Below are positions 1 to 7,457 of a stretch of DNA of 40,183 nucleotides, one piece after another. The stretch is taken from positions 1-40,183 of the IMG/VR virus record IMGVR_UViG_3300017544_000286. The stretch is one strand, 5' to 3'. Source of the DNA: a virus. Lineage: Duplodnaviria; Caudoviricetes. Position 1 is the stretch's first letter, and the number at the start of each line of letters is the position of its first letter. The notes below the pieces were generated by a model, which made no database searches, had not been told where the DNA came from, and saw nothing but the letters and a program-made list of their open reading frames with translations. Made by a program: the position numbers and the translations under genes.

Positions 1-1233
1 TCAAGCCTTCTTCGGCTCGAGCGCACGCGCGGCGCGCTGCATGATGTCGACGCCGTCATCGGCGTCGTCGAACAGGTGACCATAGGTGTCGTAGGTGATC
101 TGGATGGAGGCGTGGCCCGCCCAGGTCATCACCTGTTTGGGCTTCGCGCCGGCCAGGATCCAGAACGAGACGGCCGCATGGCGCAGGCAGTGGAAACTGA
201 ATTTAGGCCGTTCCACCGGGACCAATTCCGCATCTTCGCTGTCGTCCTTGGGCTCGAGCGTGATGACGGTCAGCCCGGCCGCGCGCATGAGGGGCAACCA
301 AAGGCGCTGGGCGAGGTTGCTGTAGTTCTCCGGGTTGCCGGCCCCGTTCGGGAACAGCAACTGGGCGTCACCCTTCGGGCAGGCGAGACGCCAGACCTTG
401 ACGGCTTTGACGGTGTCCGGGCCGATCGGCACATCCCGTTTGCCCTTCTTCGACTTCACCGCCCCAATTTTCCCCCATTGGTCGGCGCGCTGGCGCACGC
501 GGATTTTTGGGGTGTTCGATCCGGCGGTCGGCAGATCCTTCAGGCGGAGGCCCCGCAGCTCGGAGATCCGTAAGCCAACAAACATGAGGCACGCGACGAA
601 CGCGGCAGCGCGGCCGGTCGTATCGTACGTCCCGGCGGCCAGCCATAAGGCATGACATTCCTCGATGGTCGGAAAATAGTCATCATCGTCTATGTCGGGA
701 CGGTGGTCGTCGGTGCGGATTGAGATGCCCGCCGTGGGGTTGGATGTCATCCATCCGCTGGCGCTGCAAAAATCCAAAATCTGGCCGAAGGTCGCCCATA
801 CCTTCTTGGCCATCTCGATCGAGAGTTTTTCTTCCAGCGCGCGCGCGTAAACCATGCAATCCGGCCCGGTCAGCTTCTGCACTTGGATCTTGGATACGTC
901 ATAGGGGACGATATGCAGCCGCACGTGCGTATCGTATTGCTTTAAGGTCGATCGTTCGCGCCGGATGCGGCCCTGTTCATCGGGCTCGGTCAGCTTCTTG
1001 AAATCCCGAAGATAGGCCTTTGCTCCGATCTCCACGGTGATCGGGGCATCGGCCGGCTCGGTGACGCCGGCGGCGAGCTCGCCTTCGATACGGATGCGCT
1101 CGCTGTTCGCTTCCGCCTTCGTGTCGAACTGCTTGCGCTTCCGCTTGCCGTTGCCATCCCGGTAATTCAGCTGCCAGGTGACAGTTCTGGATAAGTCGGT
1201 GTTCGTCCAGGTGCGTTTGCGGATGGTGGCCAT
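1..1233 (-). CDS. int: Tyrosine recombinase (phage integrase)
   Basis: Catalytic motifs GLRISELRGL, HCLRH and GHASIQITYDTYGH; N-terminal arm-binding-like region (WQLNYRDGNGKRKRKQF). Confidence 0.95.
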   Translation of the reverse strand: MATIRKRTWTNTDLSRTVTWQLNYRDGNGKRKRKQFDTKAEANSERIRIEGELAAGVTEPADAPITVEIGAKAYLRDFKKLTEPDEQGRIRRERSTLKQYDTHVRLHIVPYDVSKIQVQKLTGPDCMVYARALEEKLSIEMAKKVWATFGQILDFCSASGWMTSNPTAGISIRTDDHRPDIDDDDYFPTIEECHALWLAAGTYDTTGRAAAFVACLMFVGLRISELRGLRLKDLPTAGSNTPKIRVRQRADQWGKIGAVKSKKGKRDVPIGPDTVKAVKVWRLACPKGDAQLLFPNGAGNPENYSNLAQRLWLPLMRAAGLTVITLEPKDDSEDAELVPVERPKFSFHCLRHAAVSFWILAGAKPKQVMTWAGHASIQITYDTYGHLFDDADDGVDIMQRAARALEPKKA

Positions 1234-1267
1234 GCGGGCGAATTATGATCCGGATTGGAGAGGGAGC

Positions 1268-1513
1268 TCAAGCCGCGCCCCGGCGGGCCGCAGATTCGGC
1301 CCGTTCACGCCGCCAACGATCCAGCGCGCCGCGGGTGGAGACGATACCCAGGCCAGGTTCCTTCCATATGGGCATGGTATGGCCCGGGGTTTCCAGGACC
1401 TGATAGACCTGCCGCGGTGTCATCGGTTTCATGAAATCGGCGATCTTGCGGGCCCCGATCAGCAAATCGTCTGCTGTGGAGCTTTCTGCCGATACAAACT
1501 GCGTCTCGGTCAA
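1268..1513 (-). CDS. Putative excisionase / small DNA-binding protein
   Basis: 81 aa directly upstream of int; TTG start with GAGGAG RBS; DDLLIGARKIADF...RQVY pattern typical of Xis-like proteins. Confidence 0.65.
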   Translation of the reverse strand: MTETQFVSAESSTADDLLIGARKIADFMKPMTPRQVYQVLETPGHTMPIWKEPGLGIVSTRGALDRWRRERAESAARRGAA

Positions 1514-1565
1514 CTCGATCTCCTCAGGCCCACATCATCGGAATCTTCGGTGTCATTGATCGCTC

Positions 1566-2066
1566 CTAGCCGGACTGTCCGCGCAAGCGGCTGATAGCGT
1601 CCTCGAGCGTAGGATGCCGGCGGAAGCTATCGCCCTCGCGCGTGCGCTTGTGGAACATGAGTTCAAGCATTCCTGGCCCGCTTGGACCGACCTGAACGCG
1701 GATAGCCCGGTCATGGGCCATCACCACCAGGCGGGTTAGGCCATCGAAATCGTAAGTGGCGAACTGACTGATATGGCGCGTGTTGATGTGGATACCGGTC
1801 GGGCTCGCGTCTTTAACCTTGCCGTGGACGTGGTGCCAACCGCCGTAGAAGTCGGCAAGAAATTGCGCACACTCCCACTGTTCATCGTTCATCCACGACT
1901 GACGGTAATATTTCTCCTCGTCTGAAAGTTCGCGGGTCGGCGGCGCTGTGTCTGCCTCCTGCGTTTCGTAGGTTGCCGAGATCGGCACCTCTCGGATGCT
2001 GATCGGGTATTGGCGTGGGCCATTCATGCGAGCATACCTTTCTGAGACGAATTGTTGGGCGAGCAT
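1566..2066 (-). CDS. Hypothetical phage protein
   Basis: 166 aa ORF filling the gap between RT and xis in the leftward operon; globular-looking C-terminal half; start uncertain. Confidence 0.7.
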   Translation of the reverse strand: MLAQQFVSERYARMNGPRQYPISIREVPISATYETQEADTAPPTRELSDEEKYYRQSWMNDEQWECAQFLADFYGGWHHVHGKVKDASPTGIHINTRHISQFATYDFDGLTRLVVMAHDRAIRVQVGPSGPGMLELMFHKRTREGDSFRRHPTLEDAISRLRGQSG

Positions 2067-2076
2067 TTGACTGTGA

Positions 2077-3186
2077 TCATGATCTGCTGCTCCTGGCAGT
2101 AGCCTTGGTCAGGCCGCGATCGAGCTTGAGGCCGCGCCGAAACGCCGTTCGCGCGATGGCCTCGATCTGCCGCCGATTACCTGAATGGCGGAACAGACCC
2201 AGATAGGATGTGGCGCTGTCGGGGAGGTCTTCGCGTGGCATGGTGGCCAGGCGTGCAAGTGCGGTCCGGTGTGTTTTCGGTCGCGCCGATCTGCGATGCG
2301 GGCGAATGACATGGCCGACGAAATCGACACCCTTTTCCACCGGTGCGACGAATGTCTTGCTCTCGGCCAGCTCCAGGCTGAGGCCTGCCAGGCGCGCGCG
2401 GATGGCGTCGGCGGCGGCCAGCAGGACCTTCGGTTCGTGGTGGAGAAGGACCATGTCATCGACGTAGCGGACATAGCGCAGGCCGAGGCGGCGCTTGACC
2501 ATCTGATCGACTGGATCGAGATAGACGTTCGCGAAGAACTGGCTGCTGAGGTTGCCGATGGGCAGGCCGGTGCCCGGCGGCGCCTGAAACAGGCTCTTGT
2601 GTGGCGGTACCCGCGCCAAGGTGCGGGCATCGTCGTGCACAATCGCGCCCTTGCGCACATCCTGGAACACCAAGCGCCGGCACAGCTCCAGGATGGTCGG
2701 ATCGGTCACCCGGCGCGCCAGCATATCGAACAGCGTGTCGTGGCGGATCGAGCCGAAGAAGTTGGCGACATCGGCCTTGAGATAATAGGCCGGCCGGTGC
2801 CAGCCTTCGGTCACCGAGCGCAGGTGACGGTGCAGACGGTTGGCGGCATAGAGGGTGCCACGCCCTTTGATGCAGGCGCAGGAATCGGCAATGAAGGCCG
2901 GTTCGAACAGCGGATTGATCGCGCGATAGACCAGATGGTGCACGATCCGATCCTTGAACTGCGCTGCCCAGACCTCGCGCGGCTTCGGGCGCGTGATCGC
3001 GAAGACGGTGGCCGGTGACGGCCACCACGTGCCGCTACGCAGCTCGGCCAGCAGATCCATCAGGTTGTCTTCGAGGGAGATCTCGAATTCCAAGGCGGAG
3101 CGCGTGGTGCGCTTATGGCGACGGCATTCGTAATAGGCCTCGAAAAGCTGGCCCACGGTGATCTCGGATGGCTGATGGACGATCAT
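2077..3186 (-). CDS. DGR-class reverse transcriptase
   Basis: Motifs KPREVWAAQFKDRIVHH, YLKADVANFFGSI, GLPIGNLSSQFFANVYL (SQ motif of DGR RTs), YVRYVDD and GVDFVG. Start placed at ATG 3186; the longer ORF-track start lies inside TR. Confidence 0.95.
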   Translation of the reverse strand: MIVHQPSEITVGQLFEAYYECRRHKRTTRSALEFEISLEDNLMDLLAELRSGTWWPSPATVFAITRPKPREVWAAQFKDRIVHHLVYRAINPLFEPAFIADSCACIKGRGTLYAANRLHRHLRSVTEGWHRPAYYLKADVANFFGSIRHDTLFDMLARRVTDPTILELCRRLVFQDVRKGAIVHDDARTLARVPPHKSLFQAPPGTGLPIGNLSSQFFANVYLDPVDQMVKRRLGLRYVRYVDDMVLLHHEPKVLLAAADAIRARLAGLSLELAESKTFVAPVEKGVDFVGHVIRPHRRSARPKTHRTALARLATMPREDLPDSATSYLGLFRHSGNRRQIEAIARTAFRRGLKLDRGLTKATARSSRS

Positions 3187-3187
3187 G

Positions 3188-3272
3188 TGCGGACGGCCCG
3201 GACGCGGTTGTTCCAGTCCTTGTTGTTGTTGTTCTGGTTGCCGTTGTTGAAGTTCTGGATCCACGCCGAGCC
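3188..3272 (-). repeat. DGR template repeat (TR), 85 bp
   Basis: AAC-rich, reading GSAWIQNFNNGNQNNNNKDWNNRVRAVR. Aligns without gaps to 3973-4057 and 4814-4898 with mismatches at TR adenines; lies between avd and RT. Confidence 0.95.
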
Positions 3273-3496
3273 GGATCTATCGAGGGTGTACAGGCCGGAC
3301 CGGCGATTGCCGTGATCGGGCAGATAGGTGCCCATCTTCTCGATTTGGCATCGACGCCGGTCAAGCTGCGCCGGGACGCGCGGTGGAGCACCCGCCGTAT
3401 CCGCATTGGCGCCTGGAGCGACAACCATTGGCATCGACATTGCCGCTACCCCGACCAAATGATGTGCGCGGACCGGAAGGCCTTGACCTTCAAGCA

Positions 3497-3853
3497 TCAG
3501 GCACGACTCCTTGCGTAGTTCAGCCATCCCGACGCCTGCTTACCGATGGCGTCGGTGAGTTCCACCGTGGCGCCGAAGGACGCCGCTGAGATCAGGCGCA
3601 GGTCCTTGGAGAGCCGCAGCAACAGCTTGAGCGTCTCCAGGTGTTCCCGCAGGTCTTCGATCGCCGATGGGCGACGATCCGTGCCGGCGGAGTTGGCGCG
3701 GAAGATCCCCACCACCACCGCGAGGGCCTCTTCGGAGACCTTGCGTCCCAAACCCTGGCGATGACCGCGCGGATATTGCTGCGTCAGCTTCTCGATAAGC
3801 TGAACCAGGTCATAAGCCGGGCGATAGATCGCCAATTGTTCGGAGCGCGCCAT
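3497..3853 (-). CDS. avd: Avd-like DGR accessory protein (four-helix bundle)
   Basis: 118 aa basic helical protein (LAIYRPAYDL...YPRGHRQGLG...LKLLLRLSKDLRLI...IGKQASGW) in the canonical position between target and TR. Confidence 0.88.
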   Translation of the reverse strand: MARSEQLAIYRPAYDLVQLIEKLTQQYPRGHRQGLGRKVSEEALAVVVGIFRANSAGTDRRPSAIEDLREHLETLKLLLRLSKDLRLISAASFGATVELTDAIGKQASGWLNYARSRA

Positions 3854-3922
3854 GCAAAATCTCTCTAGGCGTCGCCGGCAGTGCCGGCAGTTACATCAGT
3901 CGGCGGCTTACGCCACCGATGC

Positions 3923-3946
3923 TCCCGGCCGCCGGAGCGGCCGGGA
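3923..3946 (-). other. DGR target-recognition hairpin downstream of VR1
   Basis: Perfect 10-bp stem TCCCGGCCGC/GCGGCCGGGA with a 4-nt loop, 12 nt past the target 1 stop codon. Confidence 0.8.
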
Positions 3947-3958
3947 AAGAGGTAAAGA

Positions 3959-4495
3959 CTAAAGTTGGCATTTGCGGACGGCCCGGACGCGGGTGCTCCA
4001 GACCTTGCCGCTGCTGATCTGGTCGCCGCTGGTGAAGTCCTGGAGCCACGCCGAGCCCTTGGAAAACTCGGTCGATGTCCAATACCATTCGCGCTCGAAT
4101 GCTTCGGGTCCGCCCTCGCGGAACGCCTCGGCGGTGGTCTGTTCCGGAACGTAGCCCGTGCCCGGCATGAGGTTGCGGCGCAGCACGGTCATCTCGTCCA
4201 GCGCCGGCAGGTACCAGTCGTCATGGCCGCCGATCCGCAAGGAGCGGCAGAACTGCGCGGCGGGATGATCCTCGTCGTTGAGGGCTTCGGAATTGGCAAA
4301 GCCATCAGTCAGCGAGCGGGCGGTCGTTATGCCGTCCGGGCCCCAGGTCAGTTCTTCGGCCTCGCCTTCGGCCTTCGGTGCGACAACGATGGCGATGTTC
4401 GGCTCGGTCGGATGAAGTCCGCCGAAGAAGCCGCCGCCGAAAGGTGCGCCAATGGCGGGGATCGTGCTGGTGCTGTGTGGTGCGAGGTCGTTCAT
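3959..4495 (-). CDS. DGR target protein 1, DUF1566/Lcl-C (CLec-fold)-like
   Basis: Motifs GGHDDWYLPALDE, WYWTSTE and C-terminal RVRAVR; carries VR1 at its 3' end; GGAG RBS. Confidence 0.9.
   Translation of the reverse strand: MNDLAPHSTSTIPAIGAPFGGGFFGGLHPTEPNIAIVVAPKAEGEAEELTWGPDGITTARSLTDGFANSEALNDEDHPAAQFCRSLRIGGHDDWYLPALDEMTVLRRNLMPGTGYVPEQTTAEAFREGGPEAFEREWYWTSTEFSKGSAWLQDFTSGDQISSGKVWSTRVRAVRKCQL
3973..4057 (-). repeat. DGR variable repeat VR1
   Basis: 85-bp ungapped match to TR with 13 mismatches, all at TR adenines on the coding strand. Confidence 0.95.
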
Positions 4496-4496
4496 G

Positions 4497-4736
4497 TCAG
4501 TCTCCGTTCAAAGCGGCGACGCGGCGCATCATGGATGAATGCGTGTCGCCGTCGTTGTAGGTTTCGAAATGGAAATTCTTGCCGCATCCGTGGCAGGTCA
4601 GCGCGCCTTTCATGGTCACGATGCCGTAGCCACTTTTGACGCGTGGGTCGCGCCAATAGTCGTCAAAACGATCTTCGCCGCAGGCCGGACAAATTGGGCC
4701 GTGCTTCGAGATTTTGATGGCAAGTTCTTTGGGCAA
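4497..4736 (-). CDS. Small zinc-ribbon protein
   Basis: CPAC...CHGC motif; fills the space between the two DGR targets; TTG start uncertain. Confidence 0.6.
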   Translation of the reverse strand: MPKELAIKISKHGPICPACGEDRFDDYWRDPRVKSGYGIVTMKGALTCHGCGKNFHFETYNDGDTHSSMMRRVAALNGD

Positions 4737-4764
4737 GGGCGGCTCTACAGGATCAAATGGGTTG

Positions 4765-4786
4765 CCCGGCCGCCGGCGCGGCCGGG
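4765..4786 (-). other. DGR target-recognition hairpin downstream of VR2
   Basis: 9-bp stem CCCGGCCGC/GCGGCCGGG with a 4-nt loop; same sequence and spacing as the VR1 hairpin. Confidence 0.8.
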
Positions 4787-4799
4787 AAAGGGCTAAAGA

Positions 4800-5333
4800 C
4801 TAAAGTTGGTATTTGCGGACGGCCCGGACGCGGTCGTCCCAGAACTCGCGGGTGGTGACCTGGTAGCCGTAGTAGAAGAGCTGGATCCACGCCGAGCCGG
4901 GCGTGCATTCGGTGGACGTCCAGTACCACGCCCGCTCGAACGCTTCGGCGCCACCCTCGCGGAACGCCTCGGCGGTGGTCTGCTCCGGAACGTAGCTCGC
5001 ACCGGGCAACAGGTTTTCCGCCAAAAGCCAGGCTTCGTGCCGGCTAGGCAGATACCAGTCGTCATGACCACCGATCCGCAAGCCGCGGCAGAACTGCGCG
5101 GCGGGATGATCGTCGTCATTCATCGCCTCGCTGTTGGCGAAGCCGTCGCGCAGCGAACGTGCGCCGGCATCCGCGCCATCCCGTGTTCTGAATTTCAGGC
5201 GAGCCTCGCCCTCGGCCTTGGGTGCGACGATCAAAGCGAAGCGGTTGCCGTCGCGGTCGTAATCGACGGCCGCCAAAAAACCGCCCTGGAAGGGCTGGCC
5301 GATGGCGGGAAGGATGGTGTCGGTCTTGGTCAT
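4800..5333 (-). CDS. DGR target protein 2, DUF1566/Lcl-C-like paralogue of target 1
   Basis: Shares long blocks with target 1 (HPAAQFCRxLRIGGHDDWYLP, YVPEQTTAEAFREGG, WYWTSTE). ATG 5333 has an AGGAG RBS; the frame stays open upstream to ATG 5585. Confidence 0.88.
   Translation of the reverse strand: MTKTDTILPAIGQPFQGGFLAAVDYDRDGNRFALIVAPKAEGEARLKFRTRDGADAGARSLRDGFANSEAMNDDDHPAAQFCRGLRIGGHDDWYLPSRHEAWLLAENLLPGASYVPEQTTAEAFREGGAEAFERAWYWTSTECTPGSAWIQLFYYGYQVTTREFWDDRVRAVRKYQL
4814..4898 (-). repeat. DGR variable repeat VR2
   Basis: 85-bp ungapped match to TR with 16 mismatches, 15 at TR adenines and one G>T. Confidence 0.95.
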
Positions 5334-5581
5334 GATGGTCTCCTGCGGTTTCAGCTGCGTCGCGTTCATCGCGGGCAGGTCACATTCGTGTTCGGGGAAT
5401 GCTTCGATGTCGTCTTCGACGCCGACAAAGAGGACCTCGGCACCGATGCCTGGATCGTCGACCGCGTCCGCAGCGCACATCTCTTCATCGATGCCCATGG
5501 CCTTGGCTCTGGTCAGATGCTCGTCGGTCAGCGTGACGACGTAGGTCCGCTTGACGGTCTCGGTGACGAGGAACCGTTTGC

Positions 5582-5776
5582 TCATAGCGCGTTGCTCGCA
5601 TCGTGTTGGGCGGAAAGGATGCGCATGCCGCAATGGGCGCATTCGCAGAACTGGAGCGGATCGTTCGGCATCGGCGGCAAAAGCGGGCCATGGCCATCGC
5701 GGTGGCAGCGGGTGAGGCGCGCATCCAGAACGACGACATAGAGCGGACCGGTCGGGAATTTCGGCAGGCGCGGCAT
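5582..5776 (-). CDS. Small Cys/His-containing hypothetical protein
   Basis: MPRLPKF...CHRDGH...CECAHC; its stop overlaps ATG 5585 (ATGA). Confidence 0.55.
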   Translation of the reverse strand: MPRLPKFPTGPLYVVVLDARLTRCHRDGHGPLLPPMPNDPLQFCECAHCGMRILSAQHDASNAL

Positions 5777-5778
5777 CG

Positions 5779-5853
5779 TCAGATGTTCCCCTGCAACAGG
5801 AGAATGGCCATCGCCACGCCGAGCCAGATCCATTCGATCGCGCGGACTCTCAT
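5779..5853 (-). CDS. 24-aa hydrophobic peptide
   Basis: MRVRAIEWIWLGVAMAILLLQGNI; ATGA-coupled to the upstream gene and ends 2 nt before the next ATG. Confidence 0.5.
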   Translation of the reverse strand: MRVRAIEWIWLGVAMAILLLQGNI

Positions 5854-6146
5854 CGGATCACCGAGGAGGCAGATGTCATCGCATCGTCGTCGCTCAGTTG
5901 GTCGGCGCCGGGGGCAGCGAACAGCCACTCAAGCGTCGGCGGCGTGACCAACTTCGTGAAGTCGTGCAGGGTCACGCTATCGCCGGTGCCGTCCTGCACG
6001 GCATCGCGCATGCGGTGCGCGAAGGCTGTGGCATCGTCGGCGAAGGCGAAGCGGAACTCGATCAGGCCGCGACTGTTCGCGATGGTGACCTGGAACGGGT
6101 GGTGCGGATCCGGCGCCGCGCCCGCGACGATGGCGACAACGCTCAT
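5850..6146 (-). CDS. Hypothetical early protein
   Basis: MSVVAIVAG..., 98 aa, ATGA-coupled at both ends. Confidence 0.6.
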   Translation of the reverse strand: MSVVAIVAGAAPDPHHPFQVTIANSRGLIEFRFAFADDATAFAHRMRDAVQDGTGDSVTLHDFTKLVTPPTLEWLFAAPGADQLSDDDAMTSASSVIR

Positions 6147-6406
6147 AAATCCCATCCCTGCTGTGAGGCGACCTGGCGCAGCAGCATCTCGGTCGTGGCG
6201 CCCGGCTTGTAGTTGGGATCGTGGATCTTGAGGCAGGTCTCGATCTCGGCCCACAGACGCTCCGAGCGCTTCTGCCGCCCGGCGCGCGTATCCTCGAATT
6301 GGAAGCCCTGCACGGCGGCGGACAGGTAATGCAGCATCCTGACCGGATCGAGGGTCGCGCCGCGGTTCTCGTTGCGCGCGGGTGCGGTGTTGTTGCGATC
6401 GGTCAT
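6143..6406 (-). CDS. Hypothetical early protein
   Basis: MTDRNNT..., 87 aa, GGGAG RBS, ATGA-coupled. Confidence 0.6.
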   Translation of the reverse strand: MTDRNNTAPARNENRGATLDPVRMLHYLSAAVQGFQFEDTRAGRQKRSERLWAEIETCLKIHDPNYKPGATTEMLLRQVASQQGWDL

Positions 6407-6498
6407 GGCAGGTCGCTCCCTTCGCCTGATCCAACGAGGAAGGCATGGATGACGAGGAGCGCGGCGACCCAGGCGAGAAGGAAAGTCAGTGCGTCCAT
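6403..6498 (-). CDS. 31-aa single-TM peptide
   Basis: MDALTFLLAWVAALLVIHAFLVGSGEGSDLP; starts 2 nt after the upstream stop and its stop overlaps the next ATG. Confidence 0.5.
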   Translation of the reverse strand: MDALTFLLAWVAALLVIHAFLVGSGEGSDLP

Positions 6499-6500
6499 CG

Positions 6501-6707
6501 CTAAACGCGCCCGTTCCGATAGGCGTCACGGATCGCTTCCTGCTTGGCGCGCTTGCGGGCCCTGCCCTGCAGGAGAAAGCGGAACGCCAATGCACGTTGG
6601 CTCTCAGTCGACGAGCTCGGGTTCGTCACGATCTCGATGGCATCGCGATGCCATCGCGCGATCAGCTCGTCGGCGTGGCATGGGTGGCGGCGGTCGTTGC
6701 GGTCCAT
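6501..6707 (-). CDS. Hypothetical early protein
   Basis: 68 aa, GGAGG-like RBS, tightly packed in the operon. Confidence 0.55.
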   Translation of the reverse strand: MDRNDRRHPCHADELIARWHRDAIEIVTNPSSSTESQRALAFRFLLQGRARKRAKQEAIRDAYRNGRV

Positions 6708-6709
6708 GG

Positions 6710-6901
6710 CTAGGCGACCGCCACTTCGCGGACGAACCAGTCACCGCCACCGATGAGGCCAATCTCGATTTCGCGTGCCGTGAGACCCTGACGTTGCCAC
6801 GTCTTCATTTCGGCTTCGGCAGCCTCACGGGTTTTGAAGCCGATGCGACAGAAAACGCGGCCGTAGCCTTGATCGCGCACTACCTCGAATTCTTTCGCCA
6901 T
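6710..6901 (-). CDS. First gene of the leftward early operon, hypothetical
   Basis: MAKEFEVVRD...; GAGGAG RBS 9 nt upstream; lies just downstream of the OL cluster. Confidence 0.6.
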   Translation of the reverse strand: MAKEFEVVRDQGYGRVFCRIGFKTREAAEAEMKTWQRQGLTAREIEIGLIGGGDWFVREVAVA

Positions 6902-6937
6902 CGTCCCCATCTCCTCGCTTCGGGGATGGGGGTCTAT

Positions 6938-7016
6938 GTCCCATTCCCTTGTGATGAGATTATAAAATCACATCATAATGGGATATGACAAGGACAAAAT
7001 CACATTACGAAGTGAT
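6938..7016 (-). promoter_or_regulatory. OL/PL: three 18-bp repressor operators
   Basis: GTCCCA-N6-TGTGAT (6938-6955), ATCACA-N6-TGGGAT (6967-6984) and ATCACA-N6-AGTGAT (6999-7016) in an AT-rich intergenic region. Confidence 0.8.
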
Positions 7017-7457
7017 TTTTTGTGACACTGAGGGGAGACGGCAGATTTTTGTCCAGGCGGCTTCGATCGCCCGCATCTGACGCGTGAGCGTAATTATTTG
7101 CTTGGCGGACGAACCTGCTCGAGGGAAACCATTGAGCCTCAAGACCAGCCTCAAAACTGGCCAGCCCCGCCAAGGCGAGTCCAAGCCCGGCGGGGTTGTT
7201 GTTTTTCGGGCCTTAATTCCGCCCCAGCGGCACCGCTAGGGCCTCGGCACTATCTCATCGTCCGTCCACCCAGCTACTCGGAAATGGAAGATCGCCCGGG
7301 CCATCATTTCCGATGCTAGGACATCATCCCCGATCCCGGCCGTCTTCAGTGTCGAGATGACCCGATTAATGGCATGGTGCGTGTCGTCGGAATCGTCGCC
7401 CACGGTTCGGGAGCCTAAGTAATCGATGAGATCAGCGTCGCGGCTCGCTCGGGAACA

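Noticed and set aside
3219-3250. (GTT)n microsatellite
   Set aside because: These are the AAC codons of the DGR template repeat.
2077-3264. RT as a group II intron, retron or Abi RT, and the 395-aa ORF-track start
   Set aside because: The SQ motif, avd and TR/VR pairs identify a DGR, and no maturase or endonuclease domain is evident. The Gln-rich N-terminal extension is just TR read in another frame.
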